DNA of 64,000 nt from positions 29,822,001 through 29,886,000 of the forward strand of contig OX597827.1 in assembly GCA_951406725.2 (NCBI GenBank). Reading direction: 5' to 3'. This DNA is from Octopus vulgaris (lineage: Eukaryota). The position numbers and the translations under genes are program-made. The notes beneath the pieces are model-generated. The model saw only the letters and a list, made by a program, of their open reading frames with translations, was not told the DNA's origin and ran no database searches. Shown piece after piece: positions 13,261 through 27,144 of the stretch (positions are counted from its first letter, which is position 1; each line of letters begins with the position of its first letter).

Positions 13261-14465
13261 ACAAAAGTAAATAGACACCCAATAAAACTTCGTTCTATGC
13301 TTATTTTAACTTGAAAGGGTTTATATTTTGCATTAATTGACATATTTATTTATGTTTCAGGTTCCATATGTGACTGTTTAATCATGTCACGGACAAAAGA
13401 AACCTTGGAACTGTCCAAATTTCAAATAGGCCGTATTGTAGATCAATCTGAAGTTGGACTTAGTGTAAAATCACAGAAAACATTCGAATCCCACTTTCTA
13501 CAGTTAATAGTGGTTGGTAAATTTACCACAGAGTCCACATCACCTTGCTTAGGTCGACCAGGACCATCAGACAGGACCCTTTGCTTTGTTAAGAGAAGAG
13601 TGGAGGATAATCCTCGTTGCAAGGCCTCTGACATAGCAAAACATGTTGACATCAATCCCAGAACAGCTGTCAGATATCTCCACAACTTGGCTAATATGGC
13701 AGAGCAGTAAGAAGGAAGCCACTTCTTCAACCAACCAATAGCAAGCGGAGAAAAGATTAGGCCAGTGAGATGGTGGAGAGACCACTAGCATTGGAACACT
13801 ATCATATTCTCTAATGAACCCAAATTTGCTATATTTTTTGACATTGGTTGAGTGTGGGTCTGAAGACTGTGATCAAGAATTTGACGTGAAGATTGCAGCC
13901 AACAGTGAAACACGGCGGCTATTCTGTGATGGTCTGGGGAGCAATTTGGAGCAATGGTCGATCAGAGCTGCTGGAGTGAGAGGAAAACATAAACTCAGAT
14001 AAATATGAGTCCATATTGCAGAAAAGACTCCTTCCAATTTCCTCTAGTGGTGAAATGATTGAAGAAGACTTTATTTATGGAAGATGGTCTCCTTGTCACA
14101 CGGCTAAAAAGACGCAAGTTTAGTTGGAAGAGAATGACATTAAAAAGTTTCCATGGCCGCTTGATATGAAACCTATTGAACACCTCTGGGGCATAATGGA
14201 CATGACACTTCATAAAATGAACAAGGAAGCATCCTCAAAGCCAGATTACTGCATGAAACTTGGCAAGAAATTCCTCAAGAGAATATTCGTCATCTGATTC
14301 AGGAGCAAGCCTAATAGGGTCCTTGCACTGAAAAATGTAATGGGCATGTACACTAAACATTAGATATTCACATTGTAAAAATTAATAAATAATTTGAATG
14401 TATAATTTCAGATTTACTTTAATTTTAACGAGTATAGGGATGTCTATTTACTTCTGCCATGTCTG
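13261..14465 (+). mobile_element. Tc1-family DNA transposon, degenerate
   Basis: TIR pair caaaagtaaatagacaccc (13262-13280) / gggatgtctatttacttctg...ctg|TA (14437-14465). Confidence 0.85.
13384..14362 (+). pseudogene. Tc1 transposase pseudogene (paired HTH + DD34E remnants)
   Basis: MSRTKETLELSKFQIGRIV..., GRP linker, IIFSNE, VMVWGAI, FMEDG, DMKPIEHLWG. Multiple frameshifts and stops. Confidence 0.85.
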
Positions 14466-14473
14466 TATGTATG

Positions 14474-14524
<51 letters not shown>

Positions 14525-14646
14525 TACGCATATACCGAGGTCGACTTTGCTTCTCATCCTTTTGGGGTTGATGAAATAAGTACCAGTTGAACAATACTTC
14601 AGTCTTTGTGTCTATAGTAAAAAGGATAATTATTTGAATAAATTAA

Positions 14647-15020
14647 AGCGGCGAGCTGACAGAAACGTTAGCACGCCGGGCGAAATCCTTAGCGGTTTTT
14701 CGTCTGCCGCTACGTTCTGAGTTCAAATTCCGCCGAGGTCGACTTTGCCTTTCATCCTTTCGGGGTCGCTTAAATAAGTACCAGTTGCGCACTGGAGTCA
14801 ATGTAATCGACTTAATCCGTTTGTCTGTCTTTGTTCTCTCTGTGTTTAGCCCTTGTGGGTAGTAAAGAAATAAGTATTTCGTCTGCCACTACGTTCTGAG
14901 TTCAAATTCCGCCGAGGTCGACTTTGCCTTTCATCCTTTCGGGGTCGATGAAATAAGTACCATGTAATCGACTAACCCCCTTCCACCCAAATTTTTGAAG
15001 GTCTTGTGCCTAGAGTAGAA
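14647..15020 (+). mobile_element. SINE family B, dimeric copy
   Basis: Head gcggcgagctgacagaaacgttagcacgccggg and two B-box units. Confidence 0.85.
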
Positions 15021-15729
15021 ATAATTATTAGAATGTTTCTATTGTCGAACCAGTTAAGGAAAACGTTCATTTAGACCTTCCTTTCAGCTCCCACCAAATC
15101 GACTTCGCTTATTTCTTTTTCTTTTGATAAAATAATTACAAATCGTGATAATTAAGTCGATTATAACGACAATATGTTCTTCACACACACATACACACCG
15201 TCTCCCATCCCCTATTAATATACTGCCTTTGTGTTTGTTAAAAACTTACATTGCCTTAATCTAACTTAATCTAACTCCCCAAACATTGCCTTAATCTAAC
15301 TCCCCAAACATAATAATACAGAGAAATTCACACTAAGAGAAAAAGGGAAAAAAAATTTTTTAAAGCAATTATCTCCCTTACACCGGAAGAAATCACGCAC
15401 TACCTTCCCTTATTTAGAACTCTCCGTAGCAAAAAAACAAGGATAACGCTATTAAAGATAAACATTACGTCGCAAGAAATTTGAAGAGCTAAATGCGAAA
15501 CCGGTCTTTCTTTAAAAATTATAAAATTATGTCATTATAAGAAAGGAAAAAAAATTTTCCAATATTCTCCAGACATATTGACGCAAATATATATATTCTT
15601 TAACATTTAAGCCTTCTGTCGTTTTTTCACTCTTTACTATTTTCTTATATATTCACCCACGTGCTTTCACAAACAAACTTTCTTATCTTATATATATATT
15701 TACATTTATATACATATATATATATATAC

Positions 15730-17607
<1,878 letters not shown>

Positions 17608-17716
17608 ATATATATATACATATATATATACATACATATATATATATATACATATATATATATAAACATATATATATATGTATATACATATATTTATATA
17701 TATATATACATATATT

Positions 17717-17795
<79 letters not shown>

Positions 17796-17984
17796 TATAT
17801 AAAAGGGCTTAGTAAAATAAATTACTTTGCCACGTACTGAACTCATTAGAAATAGCAGCTAAAAAAAACTTTTTTTAAACTATTTCTAATACTTAAAGGA
17901 AATCTCTCTCATATAGTGCTTGCTCAATTCAACTCACGAAAGTATTGGGGTAAAGACATTAAAAAATCAAATGCAAAGGTTATT

Positions 17985-18037
17985 TGAGAACGTACGTTTC
18001 AAGATTAGTCAAACTCGACATTTCTATCATCAGCTCA
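17985..18037 (-). ncRNA. Type I hammerhead ribozyme (inverted copy)
   Basis: Reverse complement of 18357-18409. Confidence 0.7.
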
Positions 18038-18356
18038 GAACTCCTTGGTTTGGATCTGAAAACACTGAAAGTGGGAGCATACCCTTTCGGCTTCCTATCG
18101 CTTCTGAAGATCTGCTCGAAACTATTTAATGTTTCGGATTTACCGAAAAAGCTCTCTCTATGTTTCGGATTTACCGAAAAAGCTTAGCGTTTGCTGATTT
18201 TAACCCACGCTGGTGGAAAGGGGAGAGCAGAAATTCTTCGCTTGCATTTTTTGGGTATGTTGACACTGTTAGTTTCGAGCAGATCTTCAGAAGCGATAGG
18301 AAGCCGAAAGGGTATGCTCCCACTTTCAGTGTTTTCAGATCCAAACCAAGGAGTTC

Positions 18357-18409
18357 TGAGCTGATGATAGAAATGTCGAGTTTGACTAATCTTGAAACGT
18401 ACGTTCTCA
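18357..18409 (+). ncRNA. Type I hammerhead ribozyme with minimal palindromic stem III
   Basis: tgag-CTGATGA-[t aga aat gtc gagttt gac taa tct t]-GAA-ACGTACGT-T-ctca. Stem I is TGAG/CTCA and stem III is self-complementary. The stem II closing pair is non-canonical. Confidence 0.72.
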
Positions 18410-18920
18410 AATAACCTTTGCATTTGATTTTTTAATGTCTTTACCCCAATACTTTCGTGAGTTGAATTGAGCAAGCACTATATGAGAGAGATTTCCTTTA
18501 AGTATTAGAAATAGTTTTAAAAAAGTTTTTTTAGCTGCTATTTCTAATGAGTTCAGTATGTGGCAAAGTAATTTATTTTACTAAGCCCTTTTATATAATG
18601 TAATAATTTGAATTCGCCTTAAATGGTCCCTTTACATACTGAACACTTGGTGAAATTGATTAATAATTAATTAATTAATTTTACCCTCAATTGTTGAAAT
18701 TATAATTCATCTCTCTCTATTTAATGTTTCGGATTTACCGAAAAAGCTTAGCGTTTGCTGATTTTAACCCACGCTGGTGGAAAGGGGAGAGCAGAAATTC
18801 TTCGCTTGCATTTTTTGGGTATGTTGACACTGTTAGTTTCGAGCAGATCTTCAGAAGCGATAGGAAGCCGAAAGGGTATGCTCCCACTTTCAGTGTTTTC
18901 AGATCCAAACCAAGGAGTTC

Positions 18921-18973
18921 TGAGCTGATGATAGAAATGTCGAGTTTGACTAATCTTGAAACGTACGTTCTCA
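18921..18973 (+). ncRNA. Type I hammerhead ribozyme (unit 2)
   Basis: Identical to 18357-18409. Confidence 0.72.
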
Positions 18974-19485
18974 AATAACCTTTGCATTTGATTTTTTAAT
19001 GTCTTTACCCCAATACTTTCGTGAGTTGAATTGAGCAAGCACTATATGAGAGAGATTTCCTTTAAGTATTAGAAATAGTTTTAAAAAAGTTTTTTTAGCT
19101 GCTATTTCTAATGAGTTCAGTATGTGGCAAAGTAATTTATTTTACTAAGCCCTTTTATATAATGTAATAATTTGAATTCGCCTTAAATGGTCCCTTTACA
19201 TACTGAACACTTGGTGAAATTGATTAATAATTAATTAATTAATTTTACCCTCAATTGTTGAAATTATAATTCATCTCTCTCTATTTAATGTTTCGGATTT
19301 ACCGAAAAAGCTTAGCGTTTGCTGATTTTAACCCACGCTGGTGGAAAGGGGAGAGCAGAAATTCTTCGCTTGCATTTTTTTGGGTATGTTGACACTGTTA
19401 GTTTCGAGCAGATCTTCAGAAGCGATAGGAAGCCGAAAGGGTATGCTCCCACTTTCAGTGTTTTCAGATCCAAACCAAGGAGTTC

Positions 19486-19538
19486 TGAGCTGATGATAGA
19501 AATGTCGAGTTTGACTAATCTTGAAACGTACGTTCTCA
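19486..19538 (+). ncRNA. Type I hammerhead ribozyme (unit 3)
   Basis: Identical to 18357-18409. Confidence 0.72.
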
Positions 19539-19827
19539 AATAACCTTTGCATTTGATTTTTTAATGTCTTTACCCCAATACTTTCGTGAGTTGAATTGAG
19601 CAAGCACTATATGAGAGAGATTTCCTTTAAGTATTAGAAATAGTTTTAAAAAAGTTTTTTTAGCTGCTATTTCTAATGAGTTCAGTATGTGGCAAAGTAA
19701 TTTATTTTACTAAGCCCTTTTATATAATGTAATAATTTGAATTCGCCTTAAATGGTCCCTTTACATACTGAACACTTGGTGAAATTGATTAATAATTAAT
19801 TAATTAATTTTACCCTCAATTGTTGAA

Positions 19828-19900
<73 letters not shown>

Positions 19901-19902
<2 letters not shown>

Positions 19903-19929
19903 ACCCTAACCCTAACCCTAACCCTAACC
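19901..19929 (-). repeat. Interstitial telomeric repeat, about (TTAGGG)5
   Basis: taaccctaaccctaaccctaaccctaacc on the + strand. Confidence 0.85.
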
Positions 19930-20054
19930 ATATTTTACCTTCCTTCAGTTTTCTTGGAAGTTTGCCAGCTGCAAGGAAACTCTGAAAGAGGAACTGCAGT
20001 GGTCTTGCTAGGATTCTCTTACATACTTTTAGGAGGATTGCCGGGAATCCATCG

Positions 20055-20365
20055 GGCGTTGTGAGTGTTTATTGAGCAAAAACGCCTAAAGCTCCACGAG
20101 GCTCCGGCAGGGGATGGTGGTGATCCCTGCTGTACTCTTTCACCACAACTGTCTCTCACTCTTACTTCCTGTTTCTGTTGTACCTGTATTTCAAAGGGCC
20201 GGCCTTGTCACTCTCTGTGACACGCTGAATATCCTCGAGAAATACGTTAAGGGTACACGTGTCTGTGGAGTGCCCAGCCACTTACACGTTAATTTCACGA
20301 GCAGGCTGTTCCGTTGATCGGATCAACCGGAACCCTCGTCGTCGTAACCGACGGAGTGCTTCCAG
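20055..20365 (+). mobile_element. SINE family C, head-truncated
   Basis: Matches parts of 48090-48398, 57597-57875 and 44865-45115. Confidence 0.7.
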
Positions 20366-20404
20366 TCCACTATATACATATACATATATATATATATATA
20401 CATA

Positions 20405-20490
<86 letters not shown>

Positions 20491-20503
20491 CATATATGTA
20501 TAC

Positions 20504-20536
<33 letters not shown>

Positions 20537-20746
20537 CATATATATACATATATATATATACATATATATATATACATATATATACATATATATATATATA
20601 TATACATGTATATATATACATATATATATAAATATACATATACATATATATATATAAATATATATATATATATGTACATATACATATATAAATATATATA
20701 TATATACATATACATATATATATACATAAATATATATATATATGTG

Positions 20747-20873
<127 letters not shown>

Positions 20874-20893
20874 GTATATATATATATATATAT

Positions 20894-21200
<307 letters not shown>

Positions 21201-21278
21201 TATATGTATATATATGTATATATATATGTATATATATATAAATATATGTATGTATATATATATATATATAAATATATG

Positions 21279-21350
<72 letters not shown>

Positions 21351-21442
21351 GTATATATACATATATATATGTATATATATATATATATGTATATATATAT
21401 ACATATATATATATACATATACATATATATATGTATATATAC

Positions 21443-21508
<66 letters not shown>

Positions 21509-21606
21509 GTATATACATATATTTATATATAAATCCTTAAATCCTTAAAAATGTTTTAGCCCGAAGGCCGCGGCCATGCTGGGGCACCACCGCTGAATGA
21601 GCTACA

Positions 21607-24600
21607 CTAGTTTGTGAATCCACCTCTGATACGTGGCACTTGATCAACAAGGGAGTTCGATGCTGCTGCCCGCATCCGTGTCTCCTGTCGTGAGGTAGGT
21701 TCATCTGGGACTCCCAACAAGAAGAGATCCAGTTTAGTTTTAAAGAAACCCACATCCACATCATGTAAGTCTCTCAGGCATTTAGGGAGGATGTTAAAGA
21801 GCTGTGGTCCTCTGAAACCCAAGCTGTTGCAGTATCTGGACCTGTATTTTGATGGTGATGTTGGAATCCTTGGCACCACGCAGCGGCGCCCGTTCTGCGG
21901 TTGGAGTAACTTTGAATGCCAAAGTTTGGGACAAGACCCTCCAGGATTTTCCAGATGTATATCACTGCATATCTCTCCCGCCTCCGCTCCAGGGAGAAGA
22001 GGTTTAATACCTTCAGTCTTTCCCAGTAGCTGACATTTTGCATTGAGACGATTTTCTTTGTGTAGCTTCTCTGGGTTGCTTCGAGTTCTGCTGTTTGTTT
22101 TATATTGTGTGGTGACCAAAGTTGGGAGCAGTAGTCCAAGCGGCTGAGGACAAATGTTTTCCATAGGACCATCAGTGTCTCCTTCTCTCTTGTTCTGAAA
22201 GTTCGGAGAATCCATCCAGCTAGCCGTCTGCATTTTATCACCAGATTAGCAATATGCATTTGGAAAGATGCATCATTGCTCATGTCAATGCCCAGGTCAC
22301 GCACTGATTTTGACTCAGGGATTGCAATTCTTCCTGGGCCAGTGTATCTAGTCTTCACGTCATTTACCTTTGTGTTCCAGTAGCGCAGGGCCTTGAACTT
22401 ACCTGCATTAAACTGCATGCTGTTGTCCTCAGCCCACCTGTATATTGTGTCCAGCTCATGTTGCAGATGCGCAATATTTTCAGGGTTTTGTATTGCGTGG
22501 GAGACTTTTGTGTCATCTGCATTGCTAGCAAGGGTGGTCATCGTAGCAACTGAAGGCATGTCTGAAAGGGCCACTATGAATATCAGTGGCCCCAAGACAG
22601 TGCCCTGTGGGACACCGCTTGTTATTTGCGTTTCCCTGGAGGTGGCTCCATTGCTCACAACTGCCTGTTTTCTGTCTTTTAGGAAGTTGTGCAGCCACTC
22701 TCCAAGTTTCCCGCCTATGCCGAGACCACGCAGTTTGTGACAGATCATACCATGGTCGACTTTATCAAAGGCTTTTGCAAAGTCAAGATATATTACATCC
22801 ACATTTGAGCCATTTAGTAGCTGTTTCAACACCCAGTCATAGTGTTGCAGGAGCTGTGTTAGGCAGCCTCTACCTGGTCGAAATCCATGCTGGGTGTCAG
22901 ACAGTAAGTCATTTTCTTCAAGGAACATGATTAGTTTCTTACGGACTATTCGTTCCATGACTTTGCTGATGTGTGAGGTCAGAGAGATAGGCCTATAATT
23001 TTTAGCATCTGCTCTGCTACCTCCCTTATGGATAGGGCATATTACCCCCTCTTTCAGTTTGACTGGGAGCTTACCACTTGCAAGAAAGCTCTGAAAAAGA
23101 AGCTGTAGCGGTTTTGCAAGGGCTCGTTTGCACGATTTGAGAAGGATCGCTGGGAATCCATCAGGTCCAGCAGCTGAGTTTGTGTCAATCTCATCAATGG
23201 CTAGTGTGATATCATCTTCTTCGATGTTGATGTACTCAATTTTTGTCTCTTTGGCCGCTGGTAAAGTGGCAAAGAATTCTTCTGGGTTGTTTACTTGCCT
23301 GTGTCCTAGAGGTGTAGTGAACACACTTTGGAACTGTTCGTTCAGTATTTCACTTATCCTCGTGGGATTTCCTGTGAGAGAGCCATCTTTTTGGAAGAGA
23401 GGTCCTATTCTCTGGTGCACTGTGGCTGTCTCTTTGGCAAACCTAAAGAAAGCTTTAGGGTTTGATTTTATATTTTCTTTTACCCAAGCTTCTTTATCTG
23501 CTCTCTCCTTTTCATGGGACTGATGTAGACTTTTCTCAGTTTCCATTAGCATTCTTTCGAGCCGAGACTTCTCACCACTTTTGGTGTGCTTGCTCAGGCG
23601 GTTTGCAATCCTTGTCCGTCGTCTCATAAGAATCCTCCTTTCTCTAGGGATCCTGTTTTTGTTCTTGTGTGTGCTGGCCCTGCACATTGGGACATATTTG
23701 TCACATATGGCTTGTATTATGGACATGAAGTGTTTGTGTTTCATGTTTATATCCGGTGTGGAGAGACATTCAGGCCAATCCTGTTTGAGGATCTCTTTCT
23801 CAATCGACTTCCAGTTGGCTTTATGAAAGTTTAAGTTGGAGAGATGGTAGGTGCTTCGTATAGGCTGTGTGTCTGCGGGGGCTTTTGTTCCATACATAGA
23901 CAGCTCTATTATGTTGTGATCCGAGATCATTGTCGGCATCACATTAACATTATGGATAATATCCATATTGTTTGTGAAGCAGAGATCCAGTATATTATCT
24001 GCCCTTGTTGGTTGCAGAACTATTTGCTCCATGAAAGAGGTATTTGTGAGATGGAGCAGGGACTCCACCTGTGCCTGCTGATGGTGTGTCATCCCTGGGA
24101 GCATCTGCCCCCCAGGCCATTCCACATTGGGGAGGTTAAAGTCACCCATGAAGAATACACTGTTGTGCTGTTCAAGGTTGGTGAGGACTTCTCCTATTTT
24201 TGTTAGGCAGTCTTCAAACATGCCTGAGTGTTTTGGGGCGTCTGGTGGGCGATATGTAGTGCATATGACGATATTCAGTTGTCTTATGTGTACAATTTGA
24301 GTTTCACATACTGAGTTTGAATATGACAGCAGGACCTGGGGCGTGAGGTCATCTCGGATGTACATTGCAACTCCACCATGGCTCCTCCCTTTTCTATCTG
24401 TGCGTATGACTGCATATTGCGGCATGTGTATTTCTGCATCACCTATATCGGGTTCAAGATGCGTTTCTGTGAGTGCCATGCATATAGCTTGATTGCATGT
24501 CACAAGGTCTCTCAGGAATGAAATTTTCTTTTTACAGTTTCCGCGCAGCAGCCCTCCTACATTCAGTAGAAATATTTTTGTGGTGTGTGTGTTGGTGTTG

Positions 24601-24710
24601 GTGTCTGTGGTGGCCATCCTGCATCTGTTGGAGGTGGCCTTATGTGGTGGTAGTTCCAGCTTTGTGCTTGTAGCCAGGTCAGCTGCTGAATAATTTTTTG
24701 TGCCATGCAC
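21607..24710 (-). pseudogene. LINE ORF2 (AP endonuclease + reverse transcriptase), nearly intact
   Basis: APE motifs LNVGGL, ALTETHL, GGVAMY, YRPP, MGDFN, LDL, SDH; RT motifs intact except YADD changed to NADD. A 1-bp deletion near 21891, relative to the sister copy near 40643, shifts the C-terminus into ORF 21607-22233. Confidence 0.92.
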
Positions 24711-25465
24711 AAAAAAGACTGCTGTTCAGCTACCGCCCTTCTCACATCTGGGTGAAGCTGGCCACCTGTTGGGTTTCCGCGCACCACATCTGCATACCGT
24801 CTTTCAGTAGTGGTCAGTGCGCTTTTTTCCCTTCTTTTAACTTTTTGTTTTGGTTTTTGTTCTCCCTGAGGGAGGGACCTCTGTCTCGCGTCCGTCCGGT
24901 TTTGGTAGGGCCTCCGATGTGCAAATCGACAGTTTGCACCTTCAACGCCGTACCAGCAGTCCCCCCTCAGGTAGAATTTGCAGGTGTTTCTTTCCCTGCC
25001 CTTACAGTTTTTGCTGGGGTCCCTCTGCTTTCTCTGGACAGGGCTTCCTTTAGCCTTGATTCTGTCACCCTTTACCTCCTGCTTCCCATCAATTCCAGGG
25101 TGCCTTTCCTTTCTTGCGGCCATCGCACCTCTTTGGTCTTTAGTTGTGGTGTTGGAAGCTGGACATGTGTCATCGTTTCCCTGTGTTCCAGGCTTCTCCA
25201 TTTGGCTCTGGATGCTTTCCTCATCCTTTTGGCCCTCCCTGCTGCCGTCACCTCCCAGGATGATGTCCAGGGTGTCCACATGTTGCCTGATTAGAGCGTA
25301 CGAACGGATAACTTCTCTCTTCTTTCGCTCTATCTGGGCGGTGGTTCTCGAAAAATTGTTGCTTTTCAGCGCCGCAGCAATAATGTCGTTCGGCGAGTCG
25401 TCCTCAGCGATCCTCCAAGCGCGGACGAACAATTGCACCTCTCTCGCAGACCAGTTTCTTGCCAT
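24563..25465 (-). CDS. LINE ORF1, 300 aa: N-terminal Myb/SANT-like (trihelix) domain + CCCH zinc finger
   Basis: WSAREVQLFVRAW...IAAAL...RTTAQIERK (Myb/SANT-like pattern) and CKFYLRGDCWYGVEGANCRFAH (C-x7-C-x8-C-x3-H). Open frame directly upstream of, and overlapping, ORF2. Confidence 0.8.
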   Translation of the reverse strand: MARNWSAREVQLFVRAWRIAEDDSPNDIIAAALKSNNFSRTTAQIERKKREVIRSYALIRQHVDTLDIILGGDGSREGQKDEESIQSQMEKPGTQGNDDTCPASNTTTKDQRGAMAARKERHPGIDGKQEVKGDRIKAKGSPVQRKQRDPSKNCKGRERNTCKFYLRGDCWYGVEGANCRFAHRRPYQNRTDARQRSLPQGEQKPKQKVKRREKSALTTTERRYADVVRGNPTGGQLHPDVRRAVAEQQSFLCMAQKIIQQLTWLQAQSWNYHHIRPPPTDAGWPPQTPTPTHTPQKYFY

Positions 25466-26301
25466 TTTCTTCTAGTGAAATATAGGAACAGAGAGAGAGA
25501 TAGAGAAGGAGAGATATAGAGAGGGAGAAGAGAAAGGAGAAAAGCCAAGGGGGGATAGAGAGAGAGACGAGGGGATTGTCCTGAGAGAAGAGAGAAAGAG
25601 AGAAAATAAGAGGGAAAAAGAGAAAGGTGAAAGAATGGCAGGTCAGCAGGGGGAGAGTGAGCGGGATAGAGGTGTAGTAGAAAGGGACAGGGTGGAAAAG
25701 TGAGACAAGAGGGTGGACCCTAGGGGGAGCAGGGAGAAGAAAGGCGGAGAGATAAAATGGAGAGGAAGAGAGAGATGAAATGGAGAGGGAGAGAGAGAGA
25801 GGGCAGGATAGAGGTACCAGGGAGTGAAGTAAAGGGACAGAGAGGGTGGTGTGGAGGAAGGAGACAGAGAGAGGAAAAAAGAGACAGGGGGTGATGAGCC
25901 TTAGAGGGAACAGGGAGAGGAAAGGTAGGAAGAAAAAAGGGGGAAGAGGAAGAGAGGGGGCGCAACAGAGTGTAGTAAAGGGACAGGGAGGGTGGTGTAG
26001 AGAAAGAAATAAGGGGACAGAAGGGGAAGAGGAAAAGGGGTTTGACCTGTGAAGGAGCGGAGAGGAAAGAGGCAGAGAGAGGGAGGGGGAGTAACAGAGA
26101 GAGAGAGAAAAAGAGGGCGGTATATAGATACAAGAGAGAATGAGTGAAGTTGAGGAACTGAGAGAGGGGGTGAGGTGAGAGAAAGTTGATCTGAGAGAGA
26201 TGCAGAAAGAGAAACGATTGCAGAGGGAGAGAGAGGGAGGAGGGGAGAGTGAGAGCGGAAATAGAGGGTCTGGTGGATGGGGAGACAGATAAGGTATAAA
26301 C

Positions 26302-26612
26302 TGTATGAGAGAGATAGAAATAGAAATGTAAGAAAGAGAGGGAGAGATTATAAAGATAGAATAGCGCGTATTTTTATATCTTTTTAATTATTATTTTCTG
26401 TTTGAAAGAACACTAATGATAACAAATAATAAAAATGTATGAGAGAGATAGAAATAGAAATGTAAGAAAGAGAGAGTGCGTGGCAGGCACGGAGGACGAA
26501 ATTATAAAGATTATAAAGATAGAATACCGCGTATTTTTATATCTTTATATCTTTTTTTTTTTTTTAATTATTTTCTGTTTGAAAGAACACTAATGATAAC
26601 AAAATAAATAAT
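26302..26612. repeat. Imperfect tandem duplication (about 135-175 bp x2) in the LINE 5' UTR
   Basis: tgtatgagagagatagaaatag...gaaagaacactaatgataacaaa occurs twice. Confidence 0.85.
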
Positions 26613-27144
26613 ATCTTACCTTACCGGCTGAGAGAGTACTTACGTGATTCCTTTTTATAAGAAAGGAAGATAGATAGACAAGACAGAGCTTTTATATTCC
26701 TCCCCAAGGGCACTTTGTAAACAAAAGGGGTTTGAGTTTCGATTTAGCACATGCAACAGTTTGACGATACTTTCTGTATTTTCCTAAGCGATTTGGTATT
26801 AAGCAGCAAATTTTTCAGAGGCTTTTTTCAGAACACGCAGATATACACCAAAGACTAAAACATCCTTCTCAAAAATACTGTGTCTTGTTGATTCACAGAC
26901 GAAGAATAAAATTCACTTCGATTTCGGGAAGTAACACACGTGCGTTTTAAAACGTGTATTCGCGAGTATGTTCTAGTTGCAAATACTATATCAAAAGCGA
27001 AAATATTCTTCTCAAATACAGTGACTTGTTGTACTATCACTTATATTCGCTTTGCAGACAATTTCGCTTCTGATAACATCGATCTCTGGAAGGACTTCTT
27101 TAATATTTAGGAGAGACACGTTAACACACTTGTTGTTAGTTCAG

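Larger units (their letters stand above)
17794..19829 (+). mobile_element. Non-coding 564-bp tandem array (about 3 units) with an inverted partial copy: retrozyme / non-autonomous Penelope pLTR array
   Basis: Units begin near 18152, 18711 and 19275 (period 564-565 bp, near identical). 17794-18124 is the reverse complement of 18270-18599. Each unit has one hammerhead motif, and the array is flanked by (TA)n. Confidence 0.8.

Noticed and set aside
17920-19603. Repeated 67-96 aa ORFs in the 564-bp units
   Set aside because: They recur only because the DNA is repeated, use non-ATG starts in several cases, and are broken by an indel in unit 3.
17794-19829. CRISPR-like or ordinary satellite interpretation of the array
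   Set aside because: There are no spacers and the context is eukaryotic. The hammerhead plus inverted copy fits a PLE or retrozyme origin better.
25720-26133. 137-aa Leu/Ser/Pro-rich ORF
   Set aside because: It is a by-product of the CT-rich tract in the LINE 5' UTR.
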